Assembly (NCBI GenBank): GCA_964612665.1
Contig: CAZTCI010000001.1
Span: forward strand, 898 to 64,897
Reading direction: 5' to 3'
DNA: 64,000 nt
DNA from: an uncultured Planctomycetales bacterium
Lineage (GTDB): Bacteria > Omnitrophota > Gorgyraeia > Zapsychrales > JAHFFX01
This document shows positions 28,113 through 37,495 of this stretch, piece by piece. Below the pieces are notes generated by a model. It was not told where the DNA came from. It worked only from the letters and a program-made list of their open reading frames with translations, and did not search any database. Positions within the stretch are counted from its first letter, which is position 1. Each line of letters opens with the position of its first letter. Position numbers and translations under genes: made by a program.

Positions 28113-29356
28113 TAATGGTGGCGCAAAAAAGCCATGATCACATAGAAAATAATAATGACAATGGTAAAAATGATGCTTAACGGTCCTCGTTGAGTGGTCG
28201 TAGCCGAAGCTGCTTTTGTTTGATTAAGGCCGCTAACGTTCTCATCTTCTGTGCCATCTACAAATGTCTCGCGGTCTTGAATCGTTGCTTGTACAGGCAA
28301 ATTTTCTTGTAACGTTTTCACGCCATCAAATTTTTTAACGGCAGTACCCATAACCATAAATTCAACTAAGCCGCCACCTAAATCGTAAACCCTTGTTTTC
28401 ACACCAACAACTTCATCAGCATTGCATTTTTGGGCTGCAACCTGAAGACGCTCAAGAGCCTTTTCTCTGGCTTCATACAAAATCTCGGTGAGACCTGCAA
28501 CTTGACCACCAGCCAGACTTTGGAAAAAGGATGTAATCCCAGAAGCAAAACCTAAAGAATAAACCGATACTCCCATGACAAGTTGAATCGGTAGATAACC
28601 AATATTAACCATGTTCCAAAGTTCCTCATTGGTCATATCCGAAGTCACCGGATCACTGGCATAGTGACTTAAAGCTGGATGACTTGAAGCTGTTCCGATC
28701 ATTAACATTTCTTGGGCACCTAAAAATGGCATAATTGAAGTTTGAATGCCAATAACCGCATTGGCTCCGGCTTGTTTCGCTTCGGCTTTTATTCGGCTCA
28801 AGGCCAAATGCCTTGTACGATCAAAAATTTCTGTAAATTGCGCTACTTCCCCTCTTTTTAAACTACGAAAAACTCCGCCGATATTGCCACCCATACCAAT
28901 AGAGTAGGCTACATTACCGAAAACAAAACGATGGGGCTTAAATCCAGCGTCTATTTGGCAATAAAGCTGTTGTGCGTCGGCAGATGTCGAGAAAGAAAGC
29001 GTTCCTGTATCACTTGACGTATTCTTAACGGCCGATCCAATTGCAAGAAATTCAAGATTACTTCCATGGTTGATTAAATCAAATGAAACCCCCGTTAAAC
29101 CGACACCGCTGTACTGACGCGCTTCTGCCATTATCCGATCAAAAGCATTCTTTCGGCCATCATAGATTAACTTGGTGATTTCCTCTACTTCCCCACCGGC
29201 CAAAGTAGACAAACCACTTTTAATTCCTCCACCAACACCTAATGATACGACGTTATTACCCAAGCAAAGTTGTCCAGGGATATAATTCAACTTTTTTAAA
29301 CAAAAAATCTCATTACCAGAAAGACCAGTGACTTTCGAATGTTCGGAAATCGGCAT
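28112..29356 (-). CDS. Protein with three tandem UPF0145/YbjQ (DUF74) domains and a C-terminal TM anchor
   Basis: Three repeats of GGE/Q-V...TE-I/L...R..A..R...EA...GA.AV-G-V..-EF...GTAV. A strong AAGGAGG SD precedes the start. Its stop overlaps the M48 start. Confidence 0.65.
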   Translation of the reverse strand: MPISEHSKVTGLSGNEIFCLKKLNYIPGQLCLGNNVVSLGVGGGIKSGLSTLAGGEVEEITKLIYDGRKNAFDRIMAEARQYSGVGLTGVSFDLINHGSNLEFLAIGSAVKNTSSDTGTLSFSTSADAQQLYCQIDAGFKPHRFVFGNVAYSIGMGGNIGGVFRSLKRGEVAQFTEIFDRTRHLALSRIKAEAKQAGANAVIGIQTSIMPFLGAQEMLMIGTASSHPALSHYASDPVTSDMTNEELWNMVNIGYLPIQLVMGVSVYSLGFASGITSFFQSLAGGQVAGLTEILYEAREKALERLQVAAQKCNADEVVGVKTRVYDLGGGLVEFMVMGTAVKKFDGVKTLQENLPVQATIQDRETFVDGTEDENVSGLNQTKAASATTTQRGPLSIIFTIVIIIFYVIMAFLRHH

Positions 29357-29468
29357 TCCTATCCTCCTTATTTAATTGCATTATTGAAATTATTTAACCC
29401 TTCGGCTGCTTTCGTTTATCGACGGAATAATGTTTGGCGATCGTCATCGTGATCTTGGAATTTTCCTT

Positions 29469-30050
29469 TCAATGAATCATCATAATCTGCGTAATCCCTT
29501 TTCGAATCATCATAACCGCAATCGCCGCAAGTAAAAGCGCCATCACCTTCGATAAAGCCCGGGCGCCTCCTTCTCCGACGATCTTTATAAGCCCATCCGA
29601 AAAAATAAAAACGATCCCGGCAAAAGAGATATTAAGTAAAATTGAAAACAATGTCGCCGCTAATCCGTATTCATTCATAATAATAATGGAAGTTGTTAAA
29701 ACCGCAGGACCCACCAAAAGCGGCGTGCCTAATGGCACCGCGCCTAAATCTTCCGCGGCGACTAAACGATCTTTTCCAGAAACTAATAAATCCATAAGCG
29801 CGATGCAAAAAAGAATGACACCTCCAGCCACCATGAAATCACCGATCGTGATCCCTAAAAATCGGAAAACCGCCTGTCCTAAAAAAATAAACCCAACCGC
29901 CAAAGCCAGGGCGGTTAAAATGGATTCGACAATGACTTTTTGTTTAGCCTGTTGATTGATGCCATGGGTTAAAAGAATAAAGACCGGTAAAAGACCGATA
30001 GCATCGACGGCAACAAAGATTGGAATAAACGCCAGAAAAAAGTCGTACAT
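29469..30050 (-). CDS. MarC-family (UPF0056) integral membrane protein
   Basis: MYDFFLAFIPIFVAVDAIGLLPVFILLT and six TM helices. Confidence 0.75.
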   Translation of the reverse strand: MYDFFLAFIPIFVAVDAIGLLPVFILLTHGINQQAKQKVIVESILTALALAVGFIFLGQAVFRFLGITIGDFMVAGGVILFCIALMDLLVSGKDRLVAAEDLGAVPLGTPLLVGPAVLTTSIIIMNEYGLAATLFSILLNISFAGIVFIFSDGLIKIVGEGGARALSKVMALLLAAIAVMMIRKGITQIMMIH

Positions 30051-30069
30051 AGTCCCTCCTCTATTTTAC

Positions 30070-31371
30070 TCAAGAATCAAACCGCTCTAGTCCCAATATC
30101 GGTTTCATGCCAATCATACTGAAAAAAAGCTCGTCGTCATTAACGGGTTCGACTTTGCGGACTTCTTTGAGGGTTCGGGGTCCCCAAAAACTGACTACAA
30201 GACGCAAACTTGATGCGAGAACGAACAGCGTTAAAATTTTAAAACCAAATAACGGCGGTAGCAGCGGAACAATTAACCCGCCGATTAAGCCGCCGCAACA
30301 TAACGCAAAACTGTTAAGCGCGTTGAAATAAGAGATACAACGGGTCCGTTTTTCCGGCGTGACCGCATCATAAATAAAATTCGAAGCACATAAATTAAAT
30401 CCCGCCCAGGCAAACCCTGAGACAATTTGCGCAAAGAAAATAAACAGTGGATGGCGGTTAAAAATCCAAAGCAAAGGCAGAATCGCAATGATTGGCCCGG
30501 TGAATCGTAGGATTTTGAGATTCCCGACGCGGTCTGCGTGTTTTCCCCACCGGCCTATCATCAAATACAACGTGACCTGCGTTGTCATGTTTAATATGGA
30601 ATATAAAAGATAACTAAATTTAAGGTCACGTAACATAAGCACCGCAAAATAAGGCGCGGCGAGATTAACCGAAAAACTCATGAACGCCACAAAAAGAACA
30701 AAACGCGCGAAATTACTTTCCTTCATCCTGGCTAAAAAACGAACCAGTGTAAAATGTTCATTTTCCTTATGCTGGTCACGCGGGTCATGCATCCGTCCTA
30801 AAAAATGCCAGGAGACCATCCGGGCCAAAAAAGCTCCAACGAAAAGCAACACAAAACCATAAAAAACATCGACGTGGTTCATCACTTGTAAGATAATGCC
30901 GCCCAATAGCGTGCTTGAAATTAGGATACATCCAAAAATCCGATGACGCCAACCAAAATATTCGCCTCTTTTATGTTCGGCAACTAAATCTGACATAAGA
31001 CTTCCCCACGGAGGATTGGCAAAAGCGCCAAAGGCCGTAAAAAGCGTCACTAACACAATAAAAAAAAACGGCAGTTTTATTTTAAACAAAGCCATAAGCG
31101 CCATTGGAAAAAGCATAAAGGCCTGTAAGAAGACAAATATATTAATAATTTTCTTACGTGAACCAATCTTGTGAGTCACATCCGCGCTTTTCAAAAGAAA
31201 CAAAGCCGCGAAGAAATTTGGCAAAAAGCTTAATACACCGACGAGCCGGGCGCTTCCTCCCAAAAGTAGAAGAAACGGTGTAAAATAATCCTGTGTAAAT
31301 CCGGTCATCACGCTGGCAAAAATACCGTCTTTGAGTGAATACCGTAGACTTTTTTCAATTTTTTCTTTCAT
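30070..31371 (-). CDS. MFS transporter
   Basis: 12 predicted TM helices with an MFS-like 6+6 organisation. Confidence 0.65.
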   Translation of the reverse strand: MKEKIEKSLRYSLKDGIFASVMTGFTQDYFTPFLLLLGGSARLVGVLSFLPNFFAALFLLKSADVTHKIGSRKKIINIFVFLQAFMLFPMALMALFKIKLPFFFIVLVTLFTAFGAFANPPWGSLMSDLVAEHKRGEYFGWRHRIFGCILISSTLLGGIILQVMNHVDVFYGFVLLFVGAFLARMVSWHFLGRMHDPRDQHKENEHFTLVRFLARMKESNFARFVLFVAFMSFSVNLAAPYFAVLMLRDLKFSYLLYSILNMTTQVTLYLMIGRWGKHADRVGNLKILRFTGPIIAILPLLWIFNRHPLFIFFAQIVSGFAWAGFNLCASNFIYDAVTPEKRTRCISYFNALNSFALCCGGLIGGLIVPLLPPLFGFKILTLFVLASSLRLVVSFWGPRTLKEVRKVEPVNDDELFFSMIGMKPILGLERFDS

Positions 31372-31460
31372 GGCATCAAAAAACCTCTTATCAACATGCG
31401 ATAAAAAAATATTGTGATAAGAGGTTTGGCTCTAAATACAAACAGGCTGTTTTATTTTTG

Positions 31461-32033
31461 TTATTTACCGGGGACTTGAGTTAAGGTTACGTCAACGACA
31501 ACCGCCTTTTTACGCCAAAAGGAAAAGTTAACTTCCACTTTTTCATATTGATCATAACTAAAACTGATACCGCCGGGAACGGTGTTAATAAAACTCGACG
31601 GAGCTGATGTTAAAAGCGCAAGGTAGCCTTGGCGGCCCAATTCATTCTTAAAGTTTGTCGCCAGCACGCTTGCTAATTCACCGCAAACCTCTTTTAAAGC
31701 GTTCTCATCATCTTCATCGAAAGAAACACCTTTAAATCCTTTCATCAATTTGGGGATCATTTCGTTTTCATAATAAATTACGACAGCGCCACAAGCTTTA
31801 CCGCCCTTTTTATCTAAATCGTTCAAATAAAAATTAACAAAAGAAATAACGGTGGGGCCGTTAAATTTTTCCATGCCTGAAATCCGCATTTTACCGTCGT
31901 ATTCGATAAGGGTTTTAATTTCTTTGCTGGGCGCTTCAGTAAATGGGGCCTTGCAGGTTTCTTCGTAGGTCAGTTTCGCAGCGTTGACCATAGCATTGAA
32001 AACGGTTTCGTCATTAAGGGTCTTGGGAGTCAT
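31461..32033 (-). CDS. CheX/CheC-like domain protein, paralog 2
   Basis: Paralogous to 10468..11049. Confidence 0.35.
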   Translation of the reverse strand: MTPKTLNDETVFNAMVNAAKLTYEETCKAPFTEAPSKEIKTLIEYDGKMRISGMEKFNGPTVISFVNFYLNDLDKKGGKACGAVVIYYENEMIPKLMKGFKGVSFDEDDENALKEVCGELASVLATNFKNELGRQGYLALLTSAPSSFINTVPGGISFSYDQYEKVEVNFSFWRKKAVVVDVTLTQVPGK

Positions 32034-32174
32034 TGTTTTAAGACGGTTATGCGTTAAAATTGATATCTAAAATCGAAACGTTTTTAATATAGCATTGTCT
32101 TTCCCAAAGACAAGGAAAACAGTAATTTTTTGGATTGAGATAATCTTTGCGACGGATAATCGGCGGTATAAACG

Positions 32175-32218
32175 CGGGCGGCCCTGTTTAGCGCTGCGTA
32201 CATCGCCAGGGCCGCCCG
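32175..32218 (-). terminator. GC hairpin (12 bp stem, 20 nt loop) 30 nt downstream of the SGNH hydrolase gene
   Basis: cgggcggccctg ... cagggccgcccg. Confidence 0.45.
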
Positions 32219-32246
32219 GCTATCAGCTGGCTAAAAAACTTAACTC

Positions 32247-32987
32247 TTACTTTTCTTTCTGACCACTCAACAACCGAAAAGCCGGGGCATAAATTTTCTG
32301 CGCCCAATTTGCATATTCCGGTGCCGACGGATGTAAACCATCTCCAGAAATACGCGACCGGTCATTTTTCATTTCTTGAGACAGCGTGTAAATATCAATC
32401 ACACTCAATTGTCTGCGTTCGGCTTCTTCTTTAATAATGGCATTAAATTGAGCAATGCCTGCGGCGATGTCTCTTTTATGACTAAAGCGTTGGCCTTGAG
32501 GGACAACCGAAAAATCGGGAATGTTAACCACAAGGAAACGGCTTTTGTCGGGCAGAACGGCGAGCATTCGGTCCATTAAAAATGTTAGCCGTTCACGAAA
32601 TGTTTCTGCGCTAATTTCTTGCACCCAGTCATTAACCCCGATCATTAAGGTGGCAAAATTGGGATGTGCTGATTCAAAAACCGGCAATTCTAAATTAATC
32701 GCTTCCTTTGTTGTCCAACCAGCGTGCGCCGGATTGGCAACAAGAACGATAGAAAATCCTTGAGCTTTTAACTTTTTTGTTAAGACCGACGGCCAGCTCT
32801 CTTGAGGCGTCGCCCCGGTGCCGATTGTATATGAATCACCTATGGGAACGTAACGGATGACTGAATTGGTTTGAGTCTGAGGCCCCTCTTTAGCTGAAGA
32901 GAGAACAACTTCATTCATCAAAGCGAACAAAATAATAAGGGAACCCTGTATTTTGAAGAATTTCATCATAAAAAAATCCCCCGCCAA
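32247..32987 (-). CDS. SGNH/GDSL-family hydrolase, secreted
   Basis: A signal peptide, GDSYTIG (block I), GVNDW, and DGLHPS (block V). Confidence 0.8.
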   Translation of the reverse strand: MAGDFFMMKFFKIQGSLIILFALMNEVVLSSAKEGPQTQTNSVIRYVPIGDSYTIGTGATPQESWPSVLTKKLKAQGFSIVLVANPAHAGWTTKEAINLELPVFESAHPNFATLMIGVNDWVQEISAETFRERLTFLMDRMLAVLPDKSRFLVVNIPDFSVVPQGQRFSHKRDIAAGIAQFNAIIKEEAERRQLSVIDIYTLSQEMKNDRSRISGDGLHPSAPEYANWAQKIYAPAFRLLSGQKEK

Positions 32988-33017
32988 ATTATCGACGGGG
33001 GGTGTAAGGACAAAAAA

Positions 33018-33581
33018 TTAATCGCCATTTTGAGGTGCGTTGCCTTCGGCCGGGGCTGCCGTAGCAGGAGCTTGCCCCACGGCCGCAGGAGCTGTTTCAG
33101 CGGCTGGAGCTGTTGATTCATTGGAACCGAGATAGCTTTTTAACTTCAGCCAAGTTTTGGGGCCAACTTTCCCGTCGGCCTTTAAACCATTTTCTGTTTG
33201 GAATTCTTCAATCGCCTTTTTAGTTTTAGGGCCAAGAGCCCCATCCACTTTACCGTGATAAAATTTGGCGTTTTTTAAAGCTTGTTGAATGTTTTGAGGC
33301 GTTGGTTTATCGGGCAGCTCAGCATTGGTGGTAGGCGTAATATTCTCAACTGGTGTTTGCCCTCCCTCACTGCTCGACGGATTTACAACTTCCACGGCAT
33401 TTGGGGTGGTTTCATTGACGACCTCGGCATTTTCGGGTGGTACCGCATTATTATCTATTTCCTTAAAAAATTCGGTTGTCTGAGCGGCATTCTTATCGTT
33501 CGCATTTTTTTGCCCACATCCGGCGATCGTTAAAGCCAAAACGATAACAGGTAAAACCATTTTTTCACGTGCACTCGTCAT
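33018..33581 (-). CDS. Lipoprotein with a C-terminal peptidoglycan-binding (PG_binding_1) domain
   Basis: Lipobox IAGCGQ, then GKVDGALGPKTKKAIEEFQTENGLKADGKVGPKTW. Confidence 0.7.
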   Translation of the reverse strand: MTSAREKMVLPVIVLALTIAGCGQKNANDKNAAQTTEFFKEIDNNAVPPENAEVVNETTPNAVEVVNPSSSEGGQTPVENITPTTNAELPDKPTPQNIQQALKNAKFYHGKVDGALGPKTKKAIEEFQTENGLKADGKVGPKTWLKLKSYLGSNESTAPAAETAPAAVGQAPATAAPAEGNAPQNGD

Positions 33582-33635
33582 CTTTTAATCCCCAATTGTG
33601 ATGGTTAATCTTGATGTTTATTCTGCCGAATATAA

Positions 33636-34127
33636 TTACTTGGCCGTTTCTTTGGGCTTATCCGGGGCCGGTTGGGTCTGTGTGGAAGCCGGATTAGTTT
33701 CTGTTTTATCAATTTTAATTTCGGTCTTGGTTTCGGTATTCTCCGTCGGGGGTTCTTTGCTGGTTAAGTCGAGCTGAATAGCGACATTTTTACCGGCGTT
33801 ATCGGTCGTGTAACTGACATCAACATCATCATCCACCATAACCATAGAAAGTTCAATCGGATTACCGTCTTTTTCGATTGTGGTTGCTTCATTAACATAT
33901 ACGGTAACATTAGTGCCTTGAGAGTTTTCATCTTCGACAATGGGTTTAATGATAACCAAAGATTGCGGAACATCAACATTGGCCACCGTGCCAGAAAGTT
34001 CTTTGACCGCCAAATCTGCCGTGTCATCTTCGTCTGAAGCAGCCCAGCTTGGTGGCATACTTAACACCGCCGTTAACACAACAATAAAAATAAAACTGCT
34101 TAATTTAATATATCTTAGATTCTTCAT
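33636..34127 (-). CDS. Secreted hypothetical protein
   Basis: A signal peptide ending SWAAS and an acidic, low-complexity C-terminus. Confidence 0.4.
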   Translation of the reverse strand: MKNLRYIKLSSFIFIVVLTAVLSMPPSWAASDEDDTADLAVKELSGTVANVDVPQSLVIIKPIVEDENSQGTNVTVYVNEATTIEKDGNPIELSMVMVDDDVDVSYTTDNAGKNVAIQLDLTSKEPPTENTETKTEIKIDKTETNPASTQTQPAPDKPKETAK

Positions 34128-34389
34128 ATTACTCCTCAGCGTCTTCCGACTGTAATTCTCTGTTGTTCTTTAAGAACAGCATGAAAAATTTGACCACTAA
34201 GAAAAAGATCAAGAAATTAATAACCATAAGGCAATTTAATTTCCGTTAGCTTTGCGTTAAGATTTTTTTAAGGTGGATTAAAATGATAGATGTTTAAATT
34301 ACGGCTGATTATACAAAGGCTCTATGTGTTGTCAATGACTTTCCGGAAAATTTAGCTGTCTCAAATCCTTATAATTCTCCGACGGAGAA

Positions 34390-35370
34390 CTATTCCACTG
34401 GAATAACAATTACAGTACCCGCCTTTAATTTATTCGGATTCGCAATACGATCTTTATTGAGCTCATAAAGATACTTCCAGCGATGACCGCTGCCAAGTTC
34501 ATTTTGGGCGATCTTCCAAAGGGTATCATTTTTCTTAATCGTATATTCCCGGGTTTGGACTTTGACTTGAGATTCGACTTTTTCTTCTTTCTCAACTAAA
34601 TACTTCCCCTCCTCGATGGGCTTAGCGTTCGGTTCTGAGGATAAAGCGCTGGGCTGTGGAATCATAACTTCTTCAACCTCGGCAATCATGAACTGCGCAT
34701 TGCGGTCTTTTTGCATACCGACTAAATCCGTAATCGGGGCGACAGCGTCGAGCTTACCGCGGCTCACAATCCGGATACGGTTTTCTGGAATATTGTGTTC
34801 TAACATAAAATTTTTAACGGCGGCTGCCCGCTCTTGCCCGAGTTTATTGTTATAATTTTCCGATCCCCGGATATCACAATTGCCCGTAATTAAAATGCTC
34901 GCTTCCAGGTTACGCTGTAATGTGCCGATCGCTTTATTGAGGATTTGAACAGCATCATCCCGCAGGTCAGCTTTATTGTAGTCAAAATAAATTTTTACAT
35001 TCTTGATGATTTTCTTAATTAATAAGGAAGGACGTAATTCTTGAGGTTTTGGCGGGGGAAGTTCGTCGGTCTTATAATCATAAATGATTTTGTAAACATA
35101 AATATACCCGCGGTTACCCCACGGCCTAGTTTCTCCAGGCGTTTTGGGCCACCACCAGTATCCACCCATTTGTTCATCTTTGACGGGTGAGGGTCTGGCG
35201 TCCGTCGGCCACCATTGGAAACGCTGTTGCAGCGCATCAACTTCTTCTTTTCTTTTATCATCTCGAACCCACCAGCTGGCTGCCTGGGCGAAAGCGGTTA
35301 AATTCATGAACAACAAAAAAGAAAAACCATAGATGGCGCTAATTCTCTTGATTCTTTTTGAAATGTTCAT
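34390..35370 (-). CDS. Secreted OmpA-family (peptidoglycan-associated) protein with a C-terminal LysM domain
   Basis: ILITGNCDIRGSENYNNKLGQERAAAVKNFM (OmpA_C) and YTIKKNDTLWKIAQ...NPNKLKAGTVIVIP (LysM). Confidence 0.75.
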   Translation of the reverse strand: MNISKRIKRISAIYGFSFLLFMNLTAFAQAASWWVRDDKRKEEVDALQQRFQWWPTDARPSPVKDEQMGGYWWWPKTPGETRPWGNRGYIYVYKIIYDYKTDELPPPKPQELRPSLLIKKIIKNVKIYFDYNKADLRDDAVQILNKAIGTLQRNLEASILITGNCDIRGSENYNNKLGQERAAAVKNFMLEHNIPENRIRIVSRGKLDAVAPITDLVGMQKDRNAQFMIAEVEEVMIPQPSALSSEPNAKPIEEGKYLVEKEEKVESQVKVQTREYTIKKNDTLWKIAQNELGSGHRWKYLYELNKDRIANPNKLKAGTVIVIPVE

Positions 35371-35490
35371 ATTCCTAGTTTACCTTTATGATTGTCGATA
35401 ATTTAAATTTATTCTAATGGACCCATTTTAGCGAGTGGACTCTGAAATTCAATCTTTTTTTAGCTTAATCATTTTAAATTACAAATAAAA

Positions 35491-35520
35491 AGTGGCCAGG
35501 GTACACAACACCTGGCCACT
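35491..35520 (-). terminator. Intrinsic terminator after the HtrA-like gene
   Basis: agtggccagg-gtacacaaca-cctggccact, followed on the minus strand by UUUUUAUUU. Confidence 0.65.
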
Positions 35521-35566
35521 CTATTTATTTAGCCTTTTGGAAAACTACTCGCCGCTTAAAATTTTC

Positions 35567-36583
35567 TTAAGCTTCGTGAGCTTCTCCTAAAGTGACTGAA
35601 AGTTCACGGCAGCTGTCACCGCGCAAAAATGACACGTTCACTTTTGTCCCCGAGGGATATTTAGCTAAGACCCGGTAAATATCATCGACGCTGCTTATCA
35701 TATGTTCATTAACTTTAAAAACCAGATCACCTTTCTGCAAACCCGCTTGCTCGGCGGGCCCCTGAACCTCGATTGAAATAATTTCAACAACTGTATTAAC
35801 CGGTAGTTCCCAATAGCGTTTCAACTTAGCGTGTAAAGGAACGACCTGCCCAGCAATCCCTAAATAACCACGCTTGACCTTACCGTGATGAACCAGCTCA
35901 CTGACAACCCAAATGGCTGTCGTTGCGGGAACTGAAAAGCTGATCCCCTGCGCCATGTAGATAACAGCGGTATTAATGCCAATGACTTCGCCGCGGCTGT
36001 TGACCAGCGGGCCACCGGAATTCCCAGGATTTAAGGAAACATCACTTTGAATAATATTTTCAACCAATCTTCCAGATTGACTGCGCAGTGTCCGTCCTAA
36101 AGCCGAGATAACTCCACTTGAAACAGTGCTTTGAAATCCGAGTGGATTACCAATGGCAATAACCAGTTGCCCGACGCGTAAACGTGAATCCGTGAGCTTG
36201 GCCGTAGGTAGACTATGACTCCAAACGCGAATCACCGCTAAATCGGTCGCTGGATCACGACCAATAATTTCAGCCGGCAAAATCCGGCCGTCGGTTAAAC
36301 TAACTTTCAATTCTTTTGCCCCATCAACCACATGGTCATTGGTTAAAATAAATCCGTCGGGTGTAATAATAACACCGGAACCCGCACCTGTTTGCGGCGG
36401 CTGATAACCTTGCTTTTTCTTTTGAATATGGATACTCACAACCGCCGGCCCGACCTTTTCAACAACGCCAACAACCGCTTGAGAATAAGCGTCGAGAAGA
36501 TTTTCATCGCTTAACTGCGGTGATAAAACCTGATCGTTTTCGAGCGGCTTTTTTAACGACGCATTAACATAAGTTATATTCAT
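35567..36583 (-). CDS. Trypsin-like serine protease with a PDZ domain (HtrA/S1C family) lacking a signal peptide
   Basis: TNDHVV (His), D..AVI (Asp), GNSGGPLV (Ser), and a C-terminal PDZ. The N-terminus is hydrophilic. Confidence 0.8.
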   Translation of the reverse strand: MNITYVNASLKKPLENDQVLSPQLSDENLLDAYSQAVVGVVEKVGPAVVSIHIQKKKQGYQPPQTGAGSGVIITPDGFILTNDHVVDGAKELKVSLTDGRILPAEIIGRDPATDLAVIRVWSHSLPTAKLTDSRLRVGQLVIAIGNPLGFQSTVSSGVISALGRTLRSQSGRLVENIIQSDVSLNPGNSGGPLVNSRGEVIGINTAVIYMAQGISFSVPATTAIWVVSELVHHGKVKRGYLGIAGQVVPLHAKLKRYWELPVNTVVEIISIEVQGPAEQAGLQKGDLVFKVNEHMISSVDDIYRVLAKYPSGTKVNVSFLRGDSCRELSVTLGEAHEA

Positions 36584-36867
36584 GCAAACCTCCTAATCTT
36601 TATTTGATCATCAGGATCATCAGAATCTTCACTACGATTAACTGGGTTCCTTTTATTTAAAGTTTGATAAATAGGCGCATGCTCCAGGATCTCTTTGATT
36701 TCAGTGTCTGGGGCACCAAACTCTCTGGCGATCGCAATAATATCTTGGCAATCTTCGTATTTTTCTTGAGCCAATACTTCTTTTAAGTAAGAAATAGCTG
36801 TTGTCTTGACTGGATGCTCCCCTCTTAATGGACTCCTGATTTGTCCTTGCAATATTGTAATAAACAT
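36580..36867 (-). CDS. Small acidic hypothetical protein translationally coupled to the HtrA-like gene
   Basis: 95 aa. Its stop overlaps the HtrA start. Confidence 0.35.
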   Translation of the reverse strand: MFITILQGQIRSPLRGEHPVKTTAISYLKEVLAQEKYEDCQDIIAIAREFGAPDTEIKEILEHAPIYQTLNKRNPVNRSEDSDDPDDQIKIRRFA

Positions 36868-36933
36868 ACGCCGCCTCCTCTCCTTTTTTATTGCTTAATA
36901 TGTGCATATACACATTATTTTGTTTTTAAAAAA

Positions 36934-37404
36934 TTAAAGCTTTTGTATCCCTTGTAAAATGCCAGTTAAATCTTTGAGCAATTGATCTAATCGGTTTTTG
37001 CCTACGGCCTTGGCTACTTTTATTTGAATCTTTTCCCAAACAGGCAGGGCTTTATCCAACGTCCGGTGTCCTTCTAAATTTAAAACAACTTCTTTCTGAC
37101 GCTTGTCCTTACCACAATGAATCGAAATAAGTCCTTTACGTTCTAACGGACGAAGATTGCGGGTTAACGTTGTCCGGTCTGTCGAAATTGCTTCAGCCAA
37201 ATCACTCACACTAATAGGTTGCATTTTTTGAATCGCTAGTAAAATCGTTATCTGGGTTGCACGACAGCCTAAGGGTCGCAAGGCAGCGTCGTAGATTTGA
37301 GTAATGATGCGAGATGCTTTACGGAGATTAAAGCAAACACACGGATGATCAGATAAATCACTTTTAAGGACTTTATTCTCTTTATCTTTAATATGCATGG
37401 GCAA
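36934..37404 (-). CDS. MarR-family transcriptional regulator
   Basis: TQITILLAIQKMQPISVSDLAEAISTDRTTLTRNLRPLERKGLI (winged HTH). Confidence 0.8.
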   Translation of the reverse strand: MPMHIKDKENKVLKSDLSDHPCVCFNLRKASRIITQIYDAALRPLGCRATQITILLAIQKMQPISVSDLAEAISTDRTTLTRNLRPLERKGLISIHCGKDKRQKEVVLNLEGHRTLDKALPVWEKIQIKVAKAVGKNRLDQLLKDLTGILQGIQKL

Positions 37405-37495
37405 GTATCTATCCTTAGGCTAATATGAGTATATGCACCTATTTAATATTGTCAAACCATTTTTATGGAAAAATTGAAAGGCGAGTATGTTGATT

